Source of the DNA: an uncultured Chlamydiae bacterium
GTDB taxonomy: Bacteria; Chlamydiota; Chlamydiia; Chlamydiales; Parachlamydiaceae
Assembly (NCBI GenBank): GCA_963830365.1
Contig: CAWHMU010000038.1
Span: 1 to 51,234 of the forward strand
Direction of reading: 5' to 3'
DNA length: 51,234 nt
The notes under the pieces were generated by a model, which saw only the letters and a program-made list of their open reading frames with translations, had not been told where the DNA came from and ran no database searches. The position numbers and the translations under genes were made by a program. Below are positions 1-10,197 of the stretch, in pieces; positions within the stretch are counted from its first letter, which is position 1; each line of letters begins with the position of its first letter.

Positions 1-73
1 AACTCGAGCTTTACTTCAAGAATTCACAATAACTTCAATTTAGAACAATTTATTGTCACTTCTGCAATTGTCT

Positions 74-210
74 CGTAGGGGTTCTTCTCTTTAGATACTT
101 CCACCTTAATAGATTATAAAGAGAAGAACCCCTACGGGGTAGAGCACTTTTCTTGCTGTCCCGTAGCTGCGGCTGCATTCGCTGCGCTCGCAAGCCTTAG
201 CTGACGGGCT
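74..210. repeat. REP-like palindromic repeat, left part; interrupted by IS110 and resuming at 2029
   Basis: Inverted repeat cgtaggggttcttctcttta (74-93) / taaagagaagaacccctacg (117-136). 117-210 joined to 2029-2048 aligns with the reverse complement of the uninterrupted copy at 8884-8997. Confidence 0.8.
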
Positions 211-299
211 TCCGAGTAACAATAGGTTGAATGCTTACGAAACTTATGCCTGCGTTATTGGTGGATATTTCATCATTTCTCCTGCTTTTGGAGTCGAAG

Positions 300-460
300 A
301 GCATTAATCATTAAAAAGGCGGAGGAAAGAACATAATGCCAGGCGATCTTCCGAACGGGATAGCTATGCTTCCCAATGATATTATCGCGATTCTTTCCGA
401 CCAAGCTACAAAACGGGCACTTAGCACCAGTGCTCGATGGGTCAATTTTTTCCACGAATT
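300..460 (-). ncRNA. Candidate IS110 bridge/seek RNA in the downstream non-coding end (boundaries approximate)
   Basis: 405-412 gctacaaa equals target junction 2026-2033; 348-354 cttccga equals donor junction 209-215. Each lies beside a hairpin in the same ccc-gtt-...-AG context on the minus strand. Confidence 0.6.
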
Positions 461-503
461 TTTGATTACTGCTATTCAACCGGTCTTGCTTTTCTTGTCT
501 TCT

Positions 504-1901
504 TTACGCTGTTACGGCAACTAGTTTATAACCTAATTTTTCAGCTTTTTTGTGCAATCCGATCAGGCTTTTCATTGCATGCATTTTTTCATTATATTCT
601 GCTCCTTTTTCATAATATTGCCAGCCTTCCTTACACATGTGATATACCATAGTCGCTAGCTTATGCGCGCCGGCCTTAATCCCTTTAGAGTTGTCCGTTC
701 GGCCGCATATGCGCCTGATATGTGCTCCTAATGCAGCATCTGATTTTTTAGCTGCCACTGCAGACATTCTTAAAGCCTGTGAAATATAATTGGCACTTGG
801 TTTTTGCCTTTTGCTTTTACGTCGTTTACCTCCTGAAACATTATTGCCGGGGGACAGTTTTAGCCAGGACGAAAATGCTTTTTCGCTATTCCAGGCGCTT
901 ACGTCAGTCCCTCCAAGTTCTGAATAAATGAGTAGTGCAGTACTATCTGCTATGCCTGGCAGCGCTGTCAGGTCTATTCCTGTTTTTCTCCAGAGAATGG
1001 CTCTGACATCAAAACAAAGATCATTTTTCTTAGGTTTTTTGAATTTAGAAAACTGAGGACGCTTTTTTATATCTTTATGGTTCTTTGGTGGAGGCGTATT
1101 GACTACATCTGGAAATCGCTCAAGCTCCTTCTGAATGCACTCGTCACACTCGTCCAGCTGTTTATGTGCAAAATCGTATTGATCTAGGGCTTGCTTTAGC
1201 GAAAAAATATGTTCTTCTTGATAATTCCCTGTCAGGGCTGCTACAAATAGGCTCTCTTCCTTTTTGCAAAGCTTATTCCTCATTGCAGCTAACTTATATG
1301 GATCTCTTTCACCGGCTGCTATTGCTCGTGTTATATTTAATCCGGAGACTCCCGCTATATCGCTTACAGCGGTGCTCAGCTTGATATTCATTAACTGCAA
1401 GGCTTTTTCCATATGCAGAAGTGCATATTGCTTTGTTTTGATGACATTCATGCGCTGCCTTACATATGCCCGCAATTTTAAGCGATCGCGTGGTGGGCGA
1501 TAAGCAGCTCTTAATAGACCACTAGAATATAATGTTTGAATCCACTGAGCATCCACCACATCAGTTTTTCTGCCAGGTGGATTTTTGACATTTTTAGCAT
1601 CGACCAAGACTGGTTTTAAGCCTGATTCTTCCATAATTTCATACAGGGGAATCCAATAAACACCCGTAGCTTCCATAACACCAATTTCCACATTAGCCTC
1701 TTTAAGAACTTTGACTATTTCACGGAGTTCAGGTGTCGTTGTACCAAATTCCCTCACGTAAGAACCACCTTTACCATCGGGAATAGCTATATGGATTCCC
1801 TTATCTCCTATATCGATGCCAGCAACAGTAGGATCGATGTATCCAAGTTTGTTTTTATGTTGTTGTTTTTTGAAATGATTGGAATTGCTACTATTAGACA
1901 T
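504..1901 (-). CDS. IS110-family DEDD transposase/recombinase
   Basis: AGIDIG, MEATGVYW and KTDVVDA RuvC-like DEDD motifs; C-terminal LPGI...LSPGNNVSGGK Tnp20-type serine motif. Confidence 0.95.
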   Translation of the reverse strand: MSNSSNSNHFKKQQHKNKLGYIDPTVAGIDIGDKGIHIAIPDGKGGSYVREFGTTTPELREIVKVLKEANVEIGVMEATGVYWIPLYEIMEESGLKPVLVDAKNVKNPPGRKTDVVDAQWIQTLYSSGLLRAAYRPPRDRLKLRAYVRQRMNVIKTKQYALLHMEKALQLMNIKLSTAVSDIAGVSGLNITRAIAAGERDPYKLAAMRNKLCKKEESLFVAALTGNYQEEHIFSLKQALDQYDFAHKQLDECDECIQKELERFPDVVNTPPPKNHKDIKKRPQFSKFKKPKKNDLCFDVRAILWRKTGIDLTALPGIADSTALLIYSELGGTDVSAWNSEKAFSSWLKLSPGNNVSGGKRRKSKRQKPSANYISQALRMSAVAAKKSDAALGAHIRRICGRTDNSKGIKAGAHKLATMVYHMCKEGWQYYEKGAEYNEKMHAMKSLIGLHKKAEKLGYKLVAVTA

Positions 1902-1959
1902 GAACGATCTCCTTATTAGCTTTTGTTTTGGTAAAAAGAAAGCTTATAAGAGATCGTTC
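1902..1959 (-). promoter_or_regulatory. Hairpin covering the transposase RBS
   Basis: gaacgatctccttat (1902-1916) pairs with ataagagatcgttc (1946-1959); the arm contains AAGGAG just upstream of the ATG. Confidence 0.55.
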
Positions 1960-2221
1960 TTTTTTCTGAAGATGGCATCTAATGACACCGTTACTTTTCA
2001 GATATCAGCGGTAAACCGCTTGGGCGCTACAAAGAGATGGGCTTCGCCTATGTCATGCTATGCATCTTTGTCCTGCATAACTGGATGAACCCTAAGTCAA
2101 CCACTCATTTGTGTGATGAGCCAATCTTGACAAATCAGCCATGTAAATTTTATTATTGAAATCTGAACTAACTTCGTGCTATTACGGATCTGAATAAGCT
2201 ACGCTCAAATGGTATAATTAT

Positions 2222-2987
2222 TTGCCACATAATTTCGAAAATTCTTTAGCCAAAGTCCCTGAAATAACTCTGTTATTCTGGATTATCAAAATTGCAGCAA
2301 CAACCCTTGGTGAGACAGGTGGTGACTCAGTATCTATGTCTTTGGGAGTTGGATACCTTGTTGGGACAGCTATATTTGCATTGATATTTCTTATTGCTGT
2401 TTTTATCCAAATAAAGGCTTCGAAATTCTACCCGTCCATTTACTGGGTTACAATTATAGCTACCACAACTGTCGGAACAACATTGGCTGACTTCGCAGAT
2501 CGCTCACTTGGCATGGGCTACTTAGGAGGAACCATACTTTTTACTTAGCTTCTTAATGGCCGCCCTTGTAATTTGGTATCGCCAACTAGGATCAATTTCC
2601 ATTAATACAGTTGCCTCACCAAAGCAGGAAATATTTTACTGGATCACAATCATGTTTTCTCAAACTTTAGGCACCGCCTTGGGGGATTAGACAGCAGATT
2701 CAACCGGTTTTGGTTATGGTTTTGCTGCGATTATCTTCGGCGCTTGTCTAACCATATTAGCCTTAGTATATTATCTGACAAATATCTCAAGAACCCTGTT
2801 ATTTTGGGCAGCTTTTATATTGACCCGCCCCTTGGGTGCAGTTGTTGGTGATCTTCTGGATAAACCTTTAGCTGCGGGCGGTTTAGCGCTAAGTCGGTAT
2901 ACGACCTCACTGATCTTAATAATTTTTATATCTTTATGTATTAAATTAATCCTCAACAGGCAGCCCAAAATTCACACTGAAACTTTT
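2222..2987 (+). pseudogene. COG4705/DUF347-type membrane-anchored protein, disrupted
   Basis: KVPEITLLFWIIKIAATTLGETGGD and TRPLGAVVGDLLDKP motifs; frameshift near 2545; in-frame TAG at 2688-2690 (GD*TAD); 3' end runs into a repeat element at 2988. Confidence 0.85.
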
Positions 2988-3238
2988 GGTTCTTCCGGTT
3001 TTGCAGGACTTGTAAAGAGAAAAGGGCAAGCAAAAATAACACGATATTACGATGGTCAGGATATGAAAAATAGAATGATCACCCAAGGCTTTCGTAAATC
3101 GCAAAGTTGGCAAACTAAAGTTTAAATCTTTCATCCTGTCTCTCCTAATATCCTGTTATTTTTGCTCCTATGTGTTACTTACATTTCCCCATTTCTACGC
3201 ATGCTTATCTAGGTGGGTCCTATAAAACCGGATGAACC
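2988..3238. mobile_element. MITE-like element, type B ends (GGTTCATCCGGTTTT)
   Basis: ggttcttccggttttgcagg ... cctataaaaccggatgaacc; interior similar to 9473-9535+10198-10322, 22041-22175 and 36493-36609. No TSD seen. Confidence 0.65.
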
Positions 3239-3506
3239 TCAAAAAATTATAAAGTAGGCTTTGGCTGAACGGATTGGGGTGATGATCCCGAATTTATGCA
3301 ATTAGATACTAGTATGGCAGCATTAACTTAAATCCCGCTGCACAGGCGCTAACATGTGCTTACAAAATGGTCTGGAGCAAAAGTTAGAGGCGGCAGTTCT
3401 GGATCATCTCTTAAATGTGCGTGAAAGCAACGCAGACAGGCGCCTTTGCAGGAGCGCCTGCTGCTGGGATCGTTTAGCGCCGCATCTGCGATGCTAAAGA
3501 CTGATA

Positions 3507-3848
3507 TTACTTGGAAGAGCTTTTAACCGGATCTTTAAGGTACACGTCAACATGGCCACGCACTTCCTGATAACCGACCGGCAAGCCGCCTTTGCCAGCG
3601 CTTAGGTGGCGCATCAATTCAAGGCTGTTTTCGCAGGGCTTCAGGGTAGCAACCTTTTTGGTCAGGTCCCTTAGGTGATGATCTTGCATCCAACCGCATT
3701 GGACCTTGGCCAGTCCATTCTTGTAGGCGTCTGAAATTTTATCATGGCATTGCTGCCAATTTTTTTGGCTGACAGCATGGTCTTGCTCAGCAACACTTCT
3801 AGGATCTACTTGATAGGGCTTCACTGAATCGCTTATACCGCTCATGAG
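3507..3848 (-). CDS. Hypothetical protein
   Basis: ORF with GAGGAG upstream of the MSGISD start (near 3846); no recognisable motif. Confidence 0.55.
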   Translation of the reverse strand, partial: LMSGISDSVKPYQVDPRSVAEQDHAVSQKNWQQCHDKISDAYKNGLAKVQCGWMQDHHLRDLTKKVATLKPCENSLELMRHLSAGKGGLPVGYQEVRGHVDVYLKDPVKSSSK

Positions 3849-3977
3849 TTTTCTCCTCATTAGTTTATCAAAGATGGAAGCTTAAATACGAATGATGAAA
3901 GCTCAAGTATATGGTCTGCTGACATCGTTTAGCTTTAAAAAAGAGAGGAAGCTAACACTTCCCCTCTAATTATAGTA

Positions 3978-4625
3978 CTATCGGTCTGTGTTTTCTTTGT
4001 CGGCGTCTGTCTTCACCGTATCATCGGCTTTGTCACTGTCGTCGCTGTCATCGGCATCGGCATCGTCATCAGATTCATCTGAATCGTCATCGGAGTCTTC
4101 ATCACCTGAGGCGGCGCCGGTTTTATCATCGCTGTGTTGCTGCATGTGGGCTTTTTGTTTTTCCATGCACATAGCGAATTTTTTGGCTTTCTGCTGTTGA
4201 ATATCATCCAGCATGGCTTGGAATTGGCTTGCATCTTGCATGCCGTTGTCCTTCATGGCATCAGAGAACACTTGCAGCAGAGTTTCGCGGAAGAGCTTGA
4301 CAGCCGCTTGACGCTGCTGAGGATCTTTCAATGGGTTTGGATGCATCGCGGCGGCTTTTTCTTCGACGATTTTGACAACTTCTTTGTCTTTGGATGACAA
4401 CGACTTGTTGATGCCTGCCCATTTGTCTTGCGCCACATTGAAGCGTTTTAATGTTTCGATCACAATCGGCTCAGGAAAATATGAAAGCAACAATTCCTTG
4501 GCACATTCATCAGTTGCCGCCGGAGCTGCAGCAGGAGCTTCAGCTGATAGGCCGCATGGAACTACAAAAGCACCAAAGCCGACGATAAAGCCAGCGATAG
4601 AGTCTCTCAATACGTTTTTCTTCAC
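3978..4625 (-). CDS. Exported hypothetical protein with Asp-rich tail
   Basis: Signal-peptide-like N-terminus, GAGGAG RBS, helical core, acidic C-terminus. Confidence 0.8.
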   Translation of the reverse strand: MKKNVLRDSIAGFIVGFGAFVVPCGLSAEAPAAAPAATDECAKELLLSYFPEPIVIETLKRFNVAQDKWAGINKSLSSKDKEVVKIVEEKAAAMHPNPLKDPQQRQAAVKLFRETLLQVFSDAMKDNGMQDASQFQAMLDDIQQQKAKKFAMCMEKQKAHMQQHSDDKTGAASGDEDSDDDSDESDDDADADDSDDSDKADDTVKTDADKENTDR

Positions 4626-4775
4626 AATTCCTCCTCAAGAAGGTTTATTTGAACTCGGTTAATTGCCAGTGCTGAAAGGCTTCAAGGAACAACCGTTAGC
4701 AAGGTTTATTCCTGCCCATGCAGCAGTTTGCGATTGGATAAAACCGACATTACACGAGCATAAGATTTTTTGCAC

Positions 4776-5234
4776 TCATTTGTGTGCTTCTTTGTGCTCA
4801 TCTTTAGGAAAACAGGCCGTCCACTTTTTTATCTGCTGGGCTTGGATATATAAAAATATCTCCCTGACTACGCCTGGGTGGGTAATATTATACTGGACCA
4901 GGGTCTTGGCCAGAACTTCTACCAGCGCCTGGGTAAGCAGCTGCTCGGCAATTTCGGCATCAAAGGGGGTATCGAAAGGATTTGGATGCAGCTTGGCGGC
5001 GCGTTCACGCACTATTTTTGGCACCTGGCCGGCATTTCTGCCCAGGGCTGTATTGATTGGTGTCCATGTGTTTTGCGGGATGGAGATCTGAAAGGACAGA
5101 GCCTGGCTGACAAGCTCTGGCCGAAAAAAACTGCGCTCAATATCGCGGTAGCAGGCGGGGGCCTCCGACCGCAAGGCCGGCGGCAAAAATAGCACCAGCG
5201 CAGCTATCCACAGAACATTTAAGCGGGTGAGCAT
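4776..5234 (-). CDS. Exported hypothetical protein, probably related to 3978-4625
   Basis: Signal peptide; shares a W..IN..L...KIV.E.AA..HPNP pattern with the downstream ORF. Confidence 0.75.
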   Translation of the reverse strand: MLTRLNVLWIAALVLFLPPALRSEAPACYRDIERSFFRPELVSQALSFQISIPQNTWTPINTALGRNAGQVPKIVRERAAKLHPNPFDTPFDAEIAEQLLTQALVEVLAKTLVQYNITHPGVVREIFLYIQAQQIKKWTACFPKDEHKEAHK

Positions 5235-5241
5235 AGCCAGC

Positions 5242-5925
5242 CTATTTCTTGCATACTGCCGAAGGGTCTGGCGTCAGGCGCAGATAGGGCGTTATTTCAC
5301 GATAGCCTTGAGGAAAGAGGCGTTGAATTTCATTGGCATCGGTGATGCTTGGCAGGATGACACACTCTTCGCCTTTAACCCAGTTTACGGGCGTTGCGAC
5401 TTTGTATTTGTCTGTCAGTTGAAGCGAGTCGATGACGCGCAAAAGCTCATTGAAATTCCGGCCGGTGGAAGCGGGATAGGTCAGCATCAAACGCACATTT
5501 TTCTTGTTATCAATGATGAATACCGTCCGTACCGTGGCGCTATCGGAAGCTTGGGGATGGATCATGCCATAAAGCTCTGACACATGGTGGTCCTCATCGC
5601 CGATAATGGGGAAGTTAACCTTTGCATGTTGCGTCTTATCGATATCGGGAATCCATTTCTTATGCGATTCGACACTACCCACGCTGAGACCAAGCAATTT
5701 GATGCCTCGCTTGCTGAAGTCATCGCTCATGCGTGCGGCACAGCCAAGTTCGGTTGTGCATACCGGCGTAAAATCTTTTGGATGTGAAAACAGGATGCAC
5801 CAGGCATCACCCAGCCACTGATGGAAGGATATTTTTCCCATCGTGGTCTCGGCGCTAAAGTCGGGCGCTTGCGCCCCGAGCAGGATCGACTGATGTTTGA
5901 TCGACGGTTGTTGGACGGCTGGCAT
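5242..5925 (-). CDS. 1-Cys peroxiredoxin (Prx6 type)
   Basis: FSHPKDFTPVCTTE, YPASTGRNFNE and ATPVNW motifs. Confidence 0.95.
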   Translation of the reverse strand: MPAVQQPSIKHQSILLGAQAPDFSAETTMGKISFHQWLGDAWCILFSHPKDFTPVCTTELGCAARMSDDFSKRGIKLLGLSVGSVESHKKWIPDIDKTQHAKVNFPIIGDEDHHVSELYGMIHPQASDSATVRTVFIIDNKKNVRLMLTYPASTGRNFNELLRVIDSLQLTDKYKVATPVNWVKGEECVILPSITDANEIQRLFPQGYREITPYLRLTPDPSAVCKK

Positions 5926-6225
5926 GTGCTACCTCGGGGTTAAAGTGTAATAGCCTATTTTTGATTGATAATACACCTGCGGTATAAAATCAATTAAATC
6001 CTTTAAGCCAAACCCAAACTAAAATGACGTGCCCGATCCTGAGTCCTGTGCCCGTGCCCGATTCCCAATAGTGAATGGTTATGCCATGTTTCTTTAATGG
6101 CCTAACAATTTTGGAATGCGGGCACGGGTGTAAAAGTGAGAAAAGGGATGAATAAAAAGGCGTATCTAGATACCTTGTTGATAACGAATATCTTACCCAT
6201 AACAGTCCAACCCATTTGTCAAGCT

Positions 6226-7095
6226 ATGCTCATCGACGGAAAATTCATTGCCAACCAGATCCAACAAGAGATTAAACAAACGATAGCCAAAATGCCTGGC
6301 CGCAGGCCCTGCCTGGCAGTCATCATCGTCGGCGATAATCCCGCCTCGCAAATCTACGTACAAAGAAAGACCCAAGCCTGCGCGGATGTCGGCATGACCT
6401 CATCAAAAATACAGCTGCCCGCCACGGCTTCTGAAGATGAACTATTGGCTGAAATCGGCAAACTCAATGCCAATCCTTTGGTCGACGGCATACTCGTACA
6501 ATTGCCTTTGCCGCCGCATATGAACACCATCAAAATCATCAATCATATCTCGCCAGCCAAAGATGTGGATGGGCTGCACCCATTGAATGTGGGGAAGATG
6601 CTGATCGGCGACCCTAAAGCCTTTTTTCCATGTACCCCATTGGGAATCAAGGAGTTGCTTATTCGCGCTGAAGTTGAAGTCGCCGGCAAGCACGTGCTGA
6701 TCTTAGGTCGCAGCAACCTGGTTGGCAAGCCGATGGCCGCCATTCTGATGCAGAACATTCAGGGCGGCAATGCTACCGTGACGCTGGCGCATAGCCGAAC
6801 CACCAACCTCAAAGGCTTGTGCGCCACTGCCGATATCCTGATTGCCGCCATCGGCCGGCCGCGTTTTGTCACCGCCGACATGGTGAAGGCAGGCGCCGTC
6901 GTCATTGATGTCGGCATCAATAAAATCGAAGCTGCCAACAAGCTGGGCTATAAACTCGTTGGCGATGTGGATTTCGAACAGGTGCAAGCCAAATGCGCGC
7001 TGATCACGCCTGTGCCGGGCGGCGTCGGTCCGATGACGATTGTCATGCTGCTTAGCAATACCCTCAAAAGCTACAATTCCAATCTCGAGCTATGA
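6226..7095 (+). CDS. folD: Methylenetetrahydrofolate dehydrogenase/cyclohydrolase
   Basis: MLIDGK start; GILVQLPLP, KDVDGLHP, PCTPLG, TPVPGGVGPMT. Confidence 0.97.
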   Translation: MLIDGKFIANQIQQEIKQTIAKMPGRRPCLAVIIVGDNPASQIYVQRKTQACADVGMTSSKIQLPATASEDELLAEIGKLNANPLVDGILVQLPLPPHMNTIKIINHISPAKDVDGLHPLNVGKMLIGDPKAFFPCTPLGIKELLIRAEVEVAGKHVLILGRSNLVGKPMAAILMQNIQGGNATVTLAHSRTTNLKGLCATADILIAAIGRPRFVTADMVKAGAVVIDVGINKIEAANKLGYKLVGDVDFEQVQAKCALITPVPGGVGPMTIVMLLSNTLKSYNSNLEL

Positions 7096-8147
7096 CGATA
7101 CTTTTTAATTTCCTGCTCTGCCTGCACAGCCTGCTCTTGCTATGTGCCTGTCATAACCAGCCGCAAGCGCAGGTTGAAGAGAGGGACGACCTGACGACAA
7201 TATTTGCCGGCCAGGCCATGACCATGCAGTACAGAGTCATTGTCGGCGCCCGGCTTTCCACACCATCCATTGAAAAGATCTCCCGCTTGATGGCCGACAC
7301 CTTCAGCGAAGTCGACCGGGTATATAACAAATGGAACCCTCATTCCGAGCTGTCGCGCCTCAATAGCCTAAAGGGAGGCCTCAAAACTCCCCTCTCCCCT
7401 GCCTTAGCCCGCCTACTGCAAGAGACCGACCGCATCGTGCAACTCAGTGGCGGACGTTTCGACCCCACCATTGAACCGCTGCAGCAGCTGTGGAAACAGA
7501 AGTTGCAAGAGGGCATCCTCCCAAACGCGGCCGAACTTGCGGCTGTAGCTCCCACCATCGGCTGGCAGAAAATCCATTTCGATGCCGATTCATTTTACAA
7601 AGATCATGACAACATTCAGCTGGATCTCGGCGGCATTGCCAAAGGGCTGTGCATCGACCTGCTCGTCGAGCGCCTAAATGCCGCCGGCTATCCCAATCTC
7701 TATGTGGAATGGGGCGGAGAAATCCGTGCCAGCGGACGCCATCCTGAAAATCGTCCGTGGACGGTCTTTATCAGCCGCATGGGTGATAGCGATCCCAAAC
7801 AAGCCCTGGCAACGCTGTACTTGCAAGACCAAGCCATCGCCACAAGCGGCGACTACCAGCAAAATTGGTCGCTGCGCTTGGAAAATAGTGATGGCAGCCG
7901 GAAAACGACCACCTTTTTTCATATCTATGACCCTCAGACGTTACGTCCGCTAGAGACCACTCGCACTTCGATAGCCAGTGCAAGTGTGGTGGCAAAGACA
8001 TGTGTCTTTGCCGATGGACTGGCCACCACCGCCATGCTCTTTCCATCCCTGGCAGCTGCCGAACAGTGGCTTGAGCAGGTTAAGGATAGTTATCCGGAAA
8101 TATCCTGCTGGCTCATATCGCGCGAGCAGGCCGCTAAAGCCCCATGA
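7092..8147 (+). CDS. apbE: FAD:protein FMN transferase (ApbE)
   Basis: FDPTIEPL, LDLGGIAKG, ATSGDYQ, HIYDP, ADGLATTA; lipoprotein-like N-terminus. Confidence 0.93.
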   Translation: MTILFNFLLCLHSLLLLCACHNQPQAQVEERDDLTTIFAGQAMTMQYRVIVGARLSTPSIEKISRLMADTFSEVDRVYNKWNPHSELSRLNSLKGGLKTPLSPALARLLQETDRIVQLSGGRFDPTIEPLQQLWKQKLQEGILPNAAELAAVAPTIGWQKIHFDADSFYKDHDNIQLDLGGIAKGLCIDLLVERLNAAGYPNLYVEWGGEIRASGRHPENRPWTVFISRMGDSDPKQALATLYLQDQAIATSGDYQQNWSLRLENSDGSRKTTTFFHIYDPQTLRPLETTRTSIASASVVAKTCVFADGLATTAMLFPSLAAAEQWLEQVKDSYPEISCWLISREQAAKAP

Positions 8148-8454
8148 CAGAAAACTTATAATGGAAAACAATCAAACACAGCGACGCAGAGACGCAGCGG
8201 CGCAGAGCAATCAAACAGCAAAACAGCAGTCAACTTCTTAAGAGTGTTCGCGTCTCTGCGTCTCTGCGTTAAAATGCATTCACAGGATATTACCGGATGA
8301 CATGCTGCAAATTTTATGGCACTATTTAATGGGTCATCCGACAAATGAGTACCTAGACTCGAGTTGGTGGTAAAGTTGCGATTTAAAATATTTCATATCT
8401 AGTAAGTCGCCTGTCTTTTCCTCGCAGGTTTACAAATAGGCTTAAACGTGCGCT

Positions 8455-8670
8455 TACCGCGGTAGCGGTCAACAGCTTTCAGCCCCGCGCGCAGGCACTT
8501 CCTGGGCCGGAACGTGGGGTCCTGCATAATTTAAAAAGACAACCGCGGCAGCGGTGCTAGCGGCCTAATAAGCTCTTGCACCGCTACCGCGGTTTTGATA
8601 TTTTTTGTATTTTGACCCCACAGGAAGTGCCTGCTCGCGGGTGTGAAAGCTGTTGACCGCTACCGCGGTA
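8455..8670. repeat. Nested REP-like palindrome (ACCGCGGTAGCGGT family)
   Basis: Outer ~60-bp imperfect inverted repeat taccgcggtagcggtcaacagctttca.../...tgaaagctgttgaccgctaccgcggta; inner pair at 8541-8557 / 8578-8594. Confidence 0.85.
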
Positions 8671-8729
8671 TGAGGCTCTATCCAATATCTTCTTAACTGA
8701 GAATGGGGTTAGACGCATTCATTCCTTTA

Positions 8730-8999
8730 CCCGCAGCTGCGGCTGTCTTCGCTTTCGCTCGCAAGCCTTTCTACGGGCTACAAAGAGATGGCGCCAACAA
8801 AAAAACATTCTTAAAACACATCCAAAACAAGGTTTTCTAGAGACATCCTCTGCCGCCAAGCGAGGTCATCAGTTTTTTTAAGGACTGCGGAGCCAATCTC
8901 TTTGTAGCCCGTAGTTAAGGCGGCGAGCGAAAGCGAAGACCGCTGCAACTGCGGGAAAGCAGATACTGCGTTTAACTCCGTAGGAGTTCTTCTCTTTCG
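8730..8999. repeat. Inverted REP-like doublet (IS110 target family)
   Basis: 8730-8791 is an inverted copy of 8893-8956; both contain GGGCTACAAAGAGA. Confidence 0.85.
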
Positions 9000-9116
9000 T
9001 TTTATTCTATAAATTACATTATTTTGATGACATTGGGTTAAACCCTGAGCAAACAAGCGCAGGCTAAAAAGCCTACGCTACATCATGAGAGGCTAAATCC
9101 TCCGCACCATTATTCT

Positions 9117-9470
9117 TTAATCAAGAGTGGTATTGGCGCTACGGTCACCGGCCTCAGATTTTAGTGGATTGGATACAATAAGCTGCGCGCCGCCGCCCTG
9201 TGCCTGGCGGCTAGCTGAGCTTTCACTAGACAATTCCCTAATCGGGCCGTCCGATTTGCTTTCATTGGAGTCATTTAGTGGGGGCGTGTCACTTTTCCTT
9301 TCATCATCTGCATCTCTAGCGCCGTCAGCAAAGACTTTATTTGTGCTGACGCCTGCCAATTTAAGCACTTCATCCTTGCTTAGATATACTTCACGGCCTG
9401 TGCGTTCGGCGAGATTGTCCAATCCCTGAAGCGAAGCATCGAATTTTTGTTTTAAAGCTGCACCTTCGGC
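9117..9470 (-). pseudogene. Probable 3' remnant of a hypothetical protein
   Basis: Open frame with protein-like composition; its 5' end runs into repeat sequence (from ~9473) shared with 3050-3120. Confidence 0.45.
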
Positions 9471-9535
9471 AGGACGATGGTCAGGATATGAAACACCCAA
9501 GACTTACGTAAATCGCAAAGTTGGTAAACTAAAGT

Positions 9536-10197
9536 GGTTCATCCGACAAATCAGGACCTTTAGCAGGGGAAAGTATTAAGTCTTCAGATTTATTAGAGTC
9601 TTAATTAGCAGTATGTTGTGATCTACAGAAAATCTTGGTTCATCCGACAAATGCGTACCTTAGCACAGTAGAAATAATTTAGGTTCATCACAGAAATTCG
9701 TACAGACTCTCAAGGTTTGGGGTCGAGCCTGTGATTTGTGATTTGAGCCCTAAAATCTAAAATTAATACAGATACTCTCAAATCGCAAATCGCAGGCTTG
9801 ACCTCAGTCAGGGCTCTCGGTAACAGACCGATAGCACTATCGCGCTGGCATAAACCACAACGAATTTAACCAGAACCTCTTCTCTTGTTTCATATCTCTA
9901 GTTTGCTTAAAACCTGCTTGAGGTCAAGCCTGCGATTTGCGATTTGAAAACGTCCACCTTATTTGGCGTTGTTCACCCAACCGGTCAATTTCTTGCTCCG
10001 TGCTCTCTGTGCCTCTGTGTTTGATTTTTTGAAACACAGAGGCACAGAGAGCACGGAGAGAGCAGCATCATCGTGACCGAAAGTTTCCCTGTGAAGGTAG
10101 ACACGGCCCCTTATTTTAGCTCTCTCTAATTTCAAATCACAAATCACAGGCTCGACCCCACTCCTCGAGAGTCAGGTACGCATTTGTCGGATGAACC
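9536..10197. mobile_element. Type A MITE composite inserted in a type B element
   Basis: Left ends at 9536, 9637 and 9682; right end 10174-10197 is a perfect 24/24 inverse of 9637-9660. 8-bp TSD actaaagt/actaaaat; the empty site is at 3113-3130. Confidence 0.85.

Larger units (their letters stand above)
211..2028 (-). mobile_element. IS110-family insertion sequence (~1.82 kb), no TIRs, (G)CT core repeated at both junctions
   Basis: Removing 211-2028 restores ...gacgggCTacaaagagatgggcttcgc, matching intact repeat copies (8771-8791 and reverse complement of 8887-8913). GCT occurs at 208-210 and 2026-2028. Confidence 0.85.

Noticed and set aside
273..652. Small ORFs in the IS110 downstream end
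   Set aside because: No recognisable motif; the region is better explained as structured non-coding RNA.
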